Positions 49,442 through 60,589 of a DNA stretch of 64,000 nt are shown piece after piece. The stretch is from Sminthopsis crassicaudata (taxonomy: Eukaryota). Position 1 is the first letter of the stretch; the number at the start of each line of letters is the position of its first letter. The stretch spans positions 627,358,958 to 627,422,957 of the forward strand of contig NC_133617.1 of the NCBI RefSeq assembly GCF_048593235.1. Direction: 5' to 3'. The translations under genes and the position numbers were made by a program. Under the pieces are notes generated by a model. It ran no database searches. It was not told the origin of the DNA and worked only from the letters and a program-made list of their open reading frames with translations.

Positions 49442-50651
49442 ATGCCCCCTTGGCCACTACCCCTGGCCTGCCCAGCCCTCACTCTGATCCTTGGGGCCCT
49501 CACATCCCTTTTCCTCTGGTACTGCTATCGATTGGGCTCACAGGATACCCCAATCCCTGGGGCAGGGGGTGCTAGCAGAGGTGCTGGAGCTGGTAGAGGT
49601 TCTGAGGCTAGAAGTCAAGGGTCAGGGATCATCAGGGAGCCTGGTGAAGGGCCTGGGGCAGAAGGCCTGGTGAGTCGGAGACTTCGGGCCTATGCCCAGC
49701 GTTACTCCTGGGCTGGGATGGGGAGGGTGAGGAGGGCAGCTCAGGGCAGCAGCGGCCTTGGTGGAGGTCCAGGGATCCAACGCCCAGCTCTACTCTTTTT
49801 GCCGGATCTTCCTTCTGTTCCATTTGTGCCCCGGGATGCTCAGCGACATGATGTGGAACTCCTTGAGAGTAGTTTCCCTGCCATTCTTCGGGACTTTGGA
49901 ACTGTGAGCTGGGATTTCTCAGGGACATCTTCTCCACCACGGGGTTGGTCTCCTCCCTTGGCCCCTGGGTGCCACCAGTTCCTCCTTTACAGGGCTGGTC
50001 GGTGTCAGCCAAATAATTGCCGACGCTGCCCAGGGGCATATCGAGCTCTTAGAGGACTGAGAAGCTTTGTGAGTGCCAATTCTTTTGGCAATGCTGGTTT
50101 TTCTGTTCTTCTGCCTGGAGCCAGACTTGAGGGACGCTGTGGACCCACTAATGCTCGGGTTCGTTGTCACTTGGGTAAGTAGTGATCAATGATGTTTAGG
50201 TCAAACCTAGGGTAAAATGGAAGATTATGGGTCTATCTGGGGAAGTGATAGGAATTTCTGAGTTTGGTGACTCCTCTGATTTTTACCCGGGCCTTCTCCA
50301 ACAGGCCTGAAGATTCCCCCTGGCTGTGAATTAGTTGTTGGGGGTGAGCCCCAGTGCTGGTCGGAGGGACATTGCCTGCTCGTGGATGATTCTTTCCTGC
50401 ACACTGCAGCTCACAATGGTAACCAGGACAGAGTTCTGCAAATACGGGATTTGGGAGTCTAAAGTGGGGTTTGGCCAATCTAGATTTAAGAATGAAACCA
50501 AACAATTAAAATCCTCTGCTTTTTTTTTTTTTAATCTCCAGGCTCTGCAGAAGATGGCCCTCGTGTGGTCTTCATTGTTGACCTCTGGCATCCCAATGTT
50601 GCTGGGGCTGAGAGACAAGCTCTTGATTTTGTCTTTGCACCTGACCCCTGA
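49442..50651 (+). CDS. ASPHD1: Aspartate beta-hydroxylase domain-containing protein 1, 318 aa
   Basis: Exons 49442-50174, 50305-50418, 50542-50651(TGA). Kozak CCACCATG, N-terminal TM segment, motifs [22 protein letters not shown] and [13 protein letters not shown]. Confidence 0.95.
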
Positions 50652-51239
50652 AGGGTAAATTGATGTCCCAATATGCCCCCTAAAAAGCCCCCCTCCCCCC
50701 ACCCTGGTCTCCTATCCATGAACCACAAACACATTGGACTTGGACAGCTTGGTATGACATGGTTTGCCTCTCACTTCTGGTGCTGTTATGGGTGTCACTG
50801 ATGGGACATGTAGAATTGAGAAGGTGGCATATCCAAGAACTAAAATACAAATTTACAAAACTCTTTAAATCCTGGCAGCATCCTTCTATGATATATAAGA
50901 GGGACACAAAGCTGAGATTGGATAGTTTCAGATGCAGTATTATAAAGCAAAGAACACTACATTTAAAGTGAGAAAACCCAGTTTCTAGGCTTGCTCCTGC
51001 CACTAAGATTTTGTTTTTAAACAAATCATTTAACAACCTGAAATTCAGGTTCTTACATCTCTGAAATGACAGGGCTGGACCAAATAACCTAAGATTCCTT
51101 TCAACTCTACAAATAGGTGAAACTTACCTATCCTGCACAGAAGTTCCCCAGCCTTCTCTCATCACACCCCACAAAACAAATTCCAGCCTGTCAAACAAAA
51201 TCTTTCTTCCAGGAACCAAGTCTATCCTTGCAATTTAAC

Positions 51240-51274
51240 TTTATTTCAATAATTTAATAGAAAATTAAAATAAA
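51240..51274. terminator. Back-to-back polyadenylation signals of ASPHD1 (+) and KCTD13 (-)
   Basis: + strand ATTAAA 51264-51269 and AATAAA 51269-51274; - strand AATAAA 51245-51240 and ATTAAA 51258-51253. Confidence 0.6.
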
Positions 51275-51863
51275 TAATAAGAAATAAGTAGGTGGGGAGG
51301 CCAGGTTGGAAAGACCACAGGCCACTTCAGTACCAATTCAAGAAGGAACAAGGGCCAGGAATAGGATTGTAGGTGAATTGGTTGTAAAACGTAAAGGAGT
51401 AAAGAAGTAGGTTTGGAATGTAGCAGATGGTTAAGGTCATGAGAAAAACTTTGGCACATAATACATACTAAAAAGAAGTGAAAAAATAGAACCAAAAATC
51501 TGAAACGTACTTATGATGGATGCAAAGACAGTGGAATGTAAGAACTGGAGATAGGGAGAAGGTAGAGTGAGTGGGATAAAATATCTGAGTAGTTTGGAGA
51601 GGGTGAATCTAACAAAGGTGACATTTTGGGAAGCACTGTATTATATGCCTTGGAATGTACCATGTTGTTGATGGTCTTGGAGTAATAAGGAGGATAAAAG
51701 GGGCTAAATGTACCGTATCATAAATCTGAAATAGAGTGGAGAAAGGAAACCCACGACTTGACCAGCAAAGCCGGGGCAGAAGTCATGGGAAAGGAGAGAG
51801 TGGAAGCATTATGATGGTGGTAATAGAGAAGAGAACAAATTTGAGGACAGGGCAGGTGAAAGG

Positions 51864-54800
51864 TCAATCCTTGAAGACAGCCTGCTGGCCATGGGGTCGT
51901 TCATCATGAGTGATATGTCGTCTGACGTGGATCCTTCGGACTCGATGCTCTCGTCCATCTTCATCTTCTCCCCGCCCAGCCCCACCTCCTCCAGCAGCAC
52001 CCCCAGTGGCTTCTAGGAGAGCAGGGTCAGGCCCCCGGGGTGTCTCATAGATCAAAATATTCAATGTTTCTTCAAAGATCCTTGCCTCTGGGAATTCTAC
52101 CTGTAAGAAGACAGATGCCAAGGTTGGCAACCACTTGTCCCATATTTGAGCAGTTTTGGTCTCATCAAAAGTAGGGAAGGGAAAGGTAAGAAGAAAAAGA
52201 AATTAGAAAGAAAAGGAAGGAAAGAGGAGAGGGAGGAAGATGTGGGAGGAGAGAGCGGAAAGGAGAAGAGAGAGACCACCTTATTTTCAATAGACCCAGT
52301 TTCTTCCTCCCATAAGCATACAAATACCCCTTCCATTGCTTCCTTAACAGCTAATAATGCTAAAGTGGACCTCTCCCATCTTCAACTCCCAGGATCATCT
52401 CTGACCTTGGTCTGCTTCTTCTCAGTGGCATAGACAATGGAGGTACAGCAGACTTCGGCAATCTTTCGGCCCTGTCCATAAAAAGACCAGCAGCAGATCT
52501 CATCACCTAGCACATCTTTGAGAAAGAGCAACCGCCCGTGGAAGCGCAATGCCAGCTTGTCGAACAGCTCAATGTTCTTTAGTAGGTTGTCATCCGACGT
52601 GCTAGGGGATTAGAAAGGTGGGTAGCAAAAGACAGTCAAATTCTAGCACCAAAACCAACTGACCAAGTTAGAATTATGGTTTTTGGGAATGGATTTAGAA
52701 AGGAGACAGGAACTTGGGGAATAAGTCTATAGCCTGTTAAGGAAGAGAACAGGGTGGAGAACTGAAGGGCTGGGTCAATCCAGGGCTCCCCCTTACCTGG
52801 TGTAGGAATATTTGTTGTTACTTCGATTGTGCAGCAGTTTCACCACTGGCTGAGGGAGAGAAAGAAAGGATAGAAGAAAAGGATCAGACTGAGTTCAGAA
52901 AAACCAGTCCTTCTCAACCTGCTGATGTCTCACCTTAGAGGTGCTAGCCAGAAGCTGCTGTTCCTCCCGTGGAGATGTCACCATGGGGATAAGGCAGAGT
53001 GGAGAAAGACTCTCACTCTTTTGCTGAGAAAGAGAAAAGAGGTTAGTTATTGCTTGACAGGAAAGAGGAAGTGGGAAGAATGGTGAGAACTGGGGCTTAA
53101 GAATCAAGTAAGAAATTCAGCCATCTCTACTTCTCTTTTCACTATCACTCATGGCTACAACACTTTTCAGAGCCCCACAACTATCAGGAAACACAACAGC
53201 AGAGAAGAGGCTCTTGTTAAATAAGAGCAGGAAAACAAAATAATACAATAGAAAGGACACTGGGGTATAATTCTTTTTCTGCCACTTGCTTTGAATGAAC
53301 TAGCGCAAGGCACTTTACCTACCTCTTAGTATATTTCCTAATCTGTGAAAGGAGGAAAATAATGAGCTTGACTATTTTTTGTGTTACATATACATTTTTG
53401 GACATGCTATAAAAATAGAATATGTCTCAAACTTAGTGCCATTTTAAATGTTTTAAAACAGCACTGAGACACCCAAAGCAATCGGCATGCCAGAAAAGAC
53501 AAGATACTGGGAGTCAGTAGACCAGAGTTCATGTTCTGGTTCTGACCTTAGATGTATCATAAAGAGCAAAACCATTTTACTTTTCTGAGCCTCAGTTTCC
53601 TCAATTTTTACACTTCATAGAATTTGGGGAGGGGGAGTAGTGATGTTTTATAGCCCTTAAAAATATTTTATAAGTGTGAATTATTCTTGCTGGAACTAGA
53701 CAAAATATTAGAACCAGTTCCATTTATTCATTTCATAAGAAATAGATCCAGAGAGATTAAAAAGCTAGCTAATGTGGACATGGAGCCTGAATGAGAACAC
53801 AGTGTTCCTAAAAGAAAAGCCCACAAGGCCCCAGGCTCCCTTACTCACATGTCACTCCCTGCAGTTTATTCTCTTACATCAATTGTACCCATGCCATTTT
53901 GGTTACTACTTCAGATAATGTGAGATAAAAAGCAAATGAGGGATAAAATAGTGTGGGAGAAATAGGCTCACAAAACACAAAAGTGTTTTTTCTGTGCCCC
54001 TCAAGAAGTCAACAAACAGATACAGAGAAAAAGGTAGAAAAACATGTGGTCTTACCTGTAGAGCTAACTGGCAGTCTTCAGCTAGTCCCTGAACCAAGTA
54101 GTAACGTGCCTCACCCAACAGCTCACCCAGCTCCCGAGGGCCCTCTGGAAGAGGAACTGACCCATCCCGAAGGTAGTTCAGGATTGTCCCAAAATGACGT
54201 CCACTCCTGTCAATCAGCACCCAACCTGAATGGGAGGAGGAAGCACAAAGAGGAAGGGAGAAATGTTCAATTCTCCCGATGTTTTTTAATTATTACCATG
54301 TCTAACAAATAAAAATCCCCTCCCTAAAAAAGAACTACCCTTTCTCTAGAGGGCATATATCATTGTCTTTAGACCATTAATACTTGGAGAAAAGACTTGT
54401 TAAGTTTTTGGTAATAATGATCATACTATACCCAACTCCATAAACCTCACTTTTTGATGTAGGTTGGTATCTAACCTAAAAAGTTAAAATATTCAGGCTA
54501 TCCTTTCTCTGTCCTGTTACCAGAGGTAGCCACTAACTTAGCTTCCTATTTCATCAAGACTTTGTGACTACAAAATTACCCAAACTTCCCAGCTTTTAAT
54601 ATGCTCCTTCAATGTGTATCCTCCCCTTTTCCCTCTGGTGGGATCAGGTGCACAGCAAAGCCTACCACCCCCACTTCCCAAGTCACTGGCTTCTATAGGA
54701 ACAAAAGCATAATCCTGTCCCTTGGCAACATATGGAACAGCTGCTTTTATTCTTTATTCAATACTAATTTTCCCCTCCTCCAACTCCAACCCCCAACAAA

Positions 54801-55736
54801 TACATCTTCCAGCAGCTGCTTTTTCTTTCATTCTGGATGTGAAGGGTTCAGCCTGCCCCATGAGAAAAGCAGGCGTTGCCAATGGTTCCAAACCATCCTG
54901 AGTTTGGACCAAATATGCCTTTAATTTTGTATTCCTCCCAGAGGGGAAATACTACACAGTGAGCCATCTGTCTCTCCGGTAGAAAAATTCCCCTATCTGG
55001 CCCCAAAAGGCAGCGCTTTCCTAGAGGACAATTTCGTAAAGGTCCAGCGTCATTACTCGGAGAAAGGCTTGGGCAATTTTTAAAATGACGACAATGGTGT
55101 GGATTTCTCCAAAGGAAGGCCTCGCCTTGATACGGCAAACTCTGAGGACCTTTTCCATTTGTTATTTCGGACAGTGCTGAGGCTCGCCCCTAATCTCTAT
55201 TCATCTAGTCAGTAGATATTTAAAAGACTAGAAGTTTTAGGGAAAGATCACTCTGAGGCTGGACGCTGTACAAATGAGGAAACTGAGGCTCCGGGCTAAG
55301 TGACTTCCTCCCGTCACACCAGGTAGCTGCGGAGGCCCCAGCTCTGGTGGCCGCCACCACAAGCCGCTTTTTGGAGAGCATCTCTCACGGGCGGGGGCGG
55401 GGCAGCCACACAAGATGCCTAGTCTCTGTCCCGAGCGCCCCGGCCCCAAGCCCGGCTACCTTCGGAGTCTGTGAGCACCTCCATGCGGCCACTGAACATA
55501 GCTTTGAGCATGGTATCCTGCTTGGTCAGGGTCTGCAGCGTGGTGTAGTGCAGCGAGCCCCCCACGTTCAGCTTCACGTACTTGCTACTCGGACTCAGCG
55601 GCTTGAGGTCATAGGCAGCGCCCCCGCCCGCGGCACCGGGGGTGGGAGGCGTGGACGGCAGCGCCGGGCCCGGGGGTTCAGGACCCCCGGGAGAGGGGGC
55701 GGCCGGGGACCCCGCGCCCGTGGCCTCGGCTGACAT
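51864..55736 (-). CDS. KCTD13: BTB/POZ domain protein KCTD13 (BACURD1), 340 aa
   Basis: Exons 55736-55460, 54225-54056, 53023-52934, 52849-52797, 52601-52406, 52100-51864(TGA); 1023 nt. T1-type [18 protein letters not shown]...[19 protein letters not shown]; C-terminus [14 protein letters not shown]. Confidence 0.97.
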
Positions 55737-56280
55737 GCTGGCCGCTCCCGCTGGAGACAGCGGCGGCGGCCGCGGAGGCAGCAGCAAAATCACCCCCGCC
55801 CAGGCCCCAAGCCACCCCCCCTACCGAGACTCCAGTCCTAGCAGCAACCTCTGACCCCGGCCCTCAGACCCCGCCCCTCTCCGCGAGCCCTTCCAATCCC
55901 CCACCCCGCCTCCCCCCCGCCCCCACCCCCTCCCTCCCGCCCACCCCGCTATCCCCCCGCCCCAACTCGGCTCTATTCAGCTCCCGGACCCCTTTGCTGC
56001 CCCATCTCGACAACGCTGCCCGGAAGTTAGGTGCAGACTCAATCCACGCAAACGCACTGCGACTTCCTCAGGAGGGGAGGAGGAAGCAGAGAGGGAGGCA
56101 TGCGCACTGGCGCCGGGAGCGGTTTGGTTCTCGAGCGCCCCCTGAGGCCCTCGGCAGAGCCCTGAGTGGCGGAGGTTGCGTCGGGGCACGCGGGGATGGT
56201 GGGGGAGGGTCTGGTACGCTTCATCTCCGCTTTCTCTAAGAACGCAATGTAGCGATGCCCTGCTGAACACAAAACGCAGC
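55300..56280. promoter_or_regulatory. CpG island / KCTD13 promoter
   Basis: CpG-dense; ETS CCGGAAGT near 56021; NRF1-like GCATGCGCA 56098-56106; GC boxes. Confidence 0.8.
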
Positions 56281-56824
56281 AAATAACTTCGCTGTATCCC
56301 AAGGCACATTTTTCATAAAAAAAAACCCTATTAAAATAAATTTCTATCTTGTATTTTATTCAAATAAAAATATTGTTCATTTTTTTCCTTTTTCTTGTTT
56401 TTTTTCTATAGTGATTGTTCCCTTTTTTTCTGATTTTTCTTTCCCAACATGATTCATAAAGAATTTTTAAAAATTTTTAACACATATATGTAACCAGAAA
56501 AATAAAGAAAAAATAAAAATAAATACCATGTTTTATAACAAATTAATATAAAAACAAAATATAAGGTAACAGATTGAGATACTTGTTTATTGATTAAACT
56601 TTCCAAATTTCATATTTATGATTTTTTAAATAAGCATAATAATATTATTCATACGAGGATAGGCTTATTTTAGGTGCAGTTTTCCAATACTATATGTCAT
56701 TGAGTTAATGGCTGCTATTAACCAAGACGGCAACCTTGTTGTTACAATAACCACATCAGAAAAACCTCTCATAGAAATAAGATGTTAAGCACCAGTAATT
56801 TTTGAAAAAAAAAAAAAGTTTCCT

Positions 56825-57597
56825 ATGCCCAAAAAGTTGTAAAACTGTGCATACCCTTTGATCCGGCAGTGTTGCTACTGGGCTTATATCCTGAAGAGAT
56901 ACTAAAGAAGGGAAAGGAACCTGTATGTGCCAAAATGTTTGTAGTGGCCAGAAACTGGAAGCTGAGTGGATGGCCATCAACTGGAGAATAGCTGAATAAA
57001 TTGTGCTATATTAATATTATGGAATATTATTGTTCTGTAAGAAATGACCAACAGGATGATTTCAGAAAGGCCTGGAGAGACTTAGATGAACTGATGCTAA
57101 GTGAAACGAGCAGGACCAGGAGATCATTACACAGCAACTAGATTAAATGATGATCAATTCTGAAGGACGAGGCTCTTTCCAACAATGAGATGATTCAGGC
57201 CAGTTCCAGTGATCTTGTGATAAAGAGAGCCATCCATACCCAGAGAGAGGCCTGTGGGGACTGTGTGGTTCACAACATAGCATTCTCACTCTTTTTATTG
57301 TTGTTTACTTGCATTTTATTGTGTTTCTCTTTTTTTTTTTCCCCAGGTTTGATTTGATTTTTCTTGTGCAGCAAGATAATTGTATAAATAATTGTATATT
57401 CATAATGTATGCATATGTTGGATTTAACATATATTTCTACAATGTTAACAAAAATTGGACTACATGCCATCTAGGAGAGGGGGTGAGGGAAGAGGGGGGA
57501 AATTGGAACACAAGGTTTTGCAAGGGTAGCGTGGAAGAATTGTCCATACATGTTTTGAAAAATAAAAAGCTTTAATAAATTTAAAAAAAAATAGTGG
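56825..57597 (+). mobile_element. 5'-truncated L1 with 13-bp target-site duplication
   Basis: L1 3' end with AATAAA and A-tail; AAAAAAGTTTCCT at 56812-56824 and 57598-57610. Confidence 0.9.
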
Positions 57598-58139
57598 AAA
57601 AAAGTTTCCTTTTTGTCTAATACACAGAATCCTTTATTCACTCATACCCAAATATTTAAAAGCTTTCAGTTTCAAACATTTATGAAAGTTGGACTTCAAA
57701 GTGCCCAATGATTTTAACTACTTCTTCCCGCCTCTCCTGAGAGAGTTGTTGCCCCATAGTTTGGAAAAATGCAATAAAGGACCACAGCTTTATCCTTTTG
57801 TCCTGAGCCCCACTTCTACTCCTTTTAGCCATAGTTAATATTGTTTCTAAATAATATGTATTTCTATAAAGCAATCTTTCAACTGAGATTGGAGAGAAAG
57901 AAAGGATTGGGGGAGAGGGGAGAGTAGGAAGGGTAATTTTTAAACTATTAACTTAAAACACCCTAAAGAATCTTTCTATACACAGAGCAGAACACAAAAT
58001 GATTCTGTATGAAATGATGAATCTATTTCATGTTGACTACTTTTTAAAAATACATATATATATAATAAATTCTAAACATTACTTTCAAAATTTTCCTGTT
58101 TTTCTGTGTTTCCTTCTGAACTTCCTTCTGTGCTCTCTA

Positions 58140-58975
58140 TTTTCTCAATAATGTTTCAATTGCTGATAAGTGGTCAAAGGATGTGAACAATTTCCAGATA
58201 AAGAAATTAAAGTCATTTCTAGTTATATGGAAAAATGATCTGAGTCACTATTTATTAAAGAAATACAAATTAAGACAATTGCAAGGTACCACTTCATACC
58301 TCTTATAATGTATAAGATGACAGGAAAAGATAATGATATATGTTGGAGAGGGGGTGGGAAAACTGAGAATATACTGTTGATGGAGTTGTAAACTTATCTA
58401 ACCATTTTGGAGAGCAATTTAGAACTATGCTCAAAGGGCTATAAAACCATGCATACTCTTTGAAACAGCAGAGTCTCTACTCAGTNNNNNNNNNNNNNNN
58501 NNNNNNNNNNNNNNNNNNNNNNNNNNNNNNNNNNNNNNNNNNNNNNNNNNNNNNNNNNNNNNNNNNNNNNNNNNNNNNNNNNNNNNNNNNNNNNNNNNNN
58601 NNNNNNNNNNNNNNNNNNNNNNNNNNNNNNNNNNNNNNNNNNNNNNNNNNNNNNNNNNNNNNNNNNNNNNNNNNNNNNNNNNNNNNNNNNNNNNNNNNNN
58701 NNNNNNNNNNNNNNNNNNNNNNNNNNNNNNNNNNNNNNNNNNNNNNNNNNNNNNNNNNNNNNNNNNAGGAGCAAAGAACTGGAAATTGAGTAGATGTCTA
58801 TCAGTTGGGGAATGATTGATTAAGCTATGGTATATAAAAATAATAGAATGTTATTGTTCTATAAGAAATGATGAGCAGGGTAATTTTAGAAAAGCCTGGA
58901 AAGACTTAGATGAACAGATGTAAGTGAAATGAGTAGAACCAAGAGAATATTGTACACAGCAACAAGATTATATGA
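58140..58975 (+). mobile_element. L1 3' fragment spanning an assembly gap
   Basis: ORF2 C-terminal motifs (gatatatgttggagagggggtgggaaaactg; ctatgctcaaagggctataaaac). Confidence 0.8.
58486..58766. other. Assembly gap (281 N)
   Basis: Run of N. Confidence 0.99.
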
Positions 58976-59129
58976 TGATCAACTATGGTGAACTTACCTT
59001 CTTTTTCCCTAATAAATTATTTATTTTATTGTATATTACTTTATAATCATATTGGGAGAAAAGAATCAGAGCAAAAGGGAAAAATTATGGGAGATATTTT
59101 TAAAAACTGAACATAGTATGCGTTGATTT

Positions 59130-59910
59130 ATATTTTGCTTCCATAGTTCTTTTTCAGGAGGTAGATAGCATTTTCTGTTCAATGTCTATTGGGATTGCTT
59201 TAGATCATTGAGCCACTGAGAAAAACCAAGCCTTTCATAGTGACCATCGCATATTCTTGCTGTTATTGTGTACAATGTATTCCTGGTTCTGCTTGTTTCA
59301 CTCAGCATCAGTTCATGTAAGTCTTTCCAGGCCTCTCTAAAATGAGTTTGTTCATCATTTTTATAGAACAATAATATTCCATTGTCTTCATAGACCACAA
59401 TTTGTTCAGCCATTCCCAAATTGATGAGAATCTACTCATTTTCCAATTCTTTACTACCACAAAAAGAGCTGCTACATTTTTAACATGTGGGTCCTTTCCC
59501 CTATAAGATTTCCTTGGGATACAGACCCAGGCATGGCAATGATGGATCAAAGGATATGCACAGTTTGATAGCCTTTTGCATTTCTCTAATCAATAGTGAT
59601 TTAGAGCATTTTTTCATATGACTAGAAATGAGACCTTTATCAGAAACAATGGCTACAAAGATTTTTTCCCAGTTTTGTACTTCCTTTTTAATCTTATTTC
59701 TGTTGGTTTTGTTTGTGCAAAACCTTTTTAAATTTAATATAATTAAAGTTGCCCATTTTGCCTTTTATAATGTTTTCTAGTTCTTCTTTGGTCATAAATT
59801 CCTCCCTTTTCCAAAGATCTGATAGATAAATTGTCCCTTGTTCTCCTAATTTATTTATAGTTTCATCCTTTATGCCCAAATCAAGTATCCATTTTGACCT
59901 TAATTTGGTA
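59130..59910 (-). mobile_element. L1 ORF2 C-terminal / 3' UTR fragment
   Basis: ORFs 59186-59419, 59308-59550 and 59694-59879 are L1 ORF2-like. Confidence 0.85.
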
Positions 59911-59914
59911 TAAG

Positions 59915-60585
59915 GGACATTAATAATGCATTGTTGGTGGAATTGTGAAATGATTCAAGCTTTCTGGAGAGCCATCTGGAACTATGCCCAAAGGGCCATA
60001 AAATTGTACATGCCCTTTGATCCATCAGTGCCATTACTGGGTCTGTATCCCAAGGAAATCTTAAAAGAGGTAAAAGGACCCATATATGTAAAACTGTTTG
60101 TAGTAGCTCTTTCTTTGAGGTAGCAAAGAATTAGAAAATGAGTAGATTCAGTTGGGGAATGGCTGAACAAGTTGTTCATATGAAGACAATAGAATATTAT
60201 TGTTCTATAAAAAATAATGAACAAGCTTTTTATAAGAAAGCCTGGAGAGATTTACATGAACTGATGCTGAATGAAACAAGCAGAACTAGGAATATATTGT
60301 GTACAATAACAACAAGAATGTGCAATGATCAAGTATGAAAAACATCATGCTTCTCAATGGTTTAGTGATCCAAAGCAATCCCAATAAACTTTGGACAGAA
60401 AATGTCATCTGCATCTAGAAAAAGAACTAAGAAGACTGAATGTAAACCAACACATACTATGTTCACTTATTTTTTCCTGGGGGTTTTCCTTAATCTCTCC
60501 CATGGTTTTTCCCTTCTGTTCTGATTTTTCTCTCCCAACATATTCATAAAGTAATATGTATTAAAAAAATAAATGAACTTTCAAT
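59915..60585 (+). mobile_element. L1 3' fragment, sense orientation
   Basis: HCWWNCEMIQAFWRAIWNYAQRAIK (ORF2 Cys-rich end) followed by 3' UTR and A-rich tail. Confidence 0.85.
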
Positions 60586-60589
60586 GGAA

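Noticed and set aside
55347-55733. 128 aa ORF antisense to KCTD13 exon 1
   Set aside because: Shadow of a GC-rich coding exon.
59130-60585. Twin-priming 5' inversion
   Set aside because: Both arms contain the same L1 3' end, so they are separate insertions, not one inverted element.
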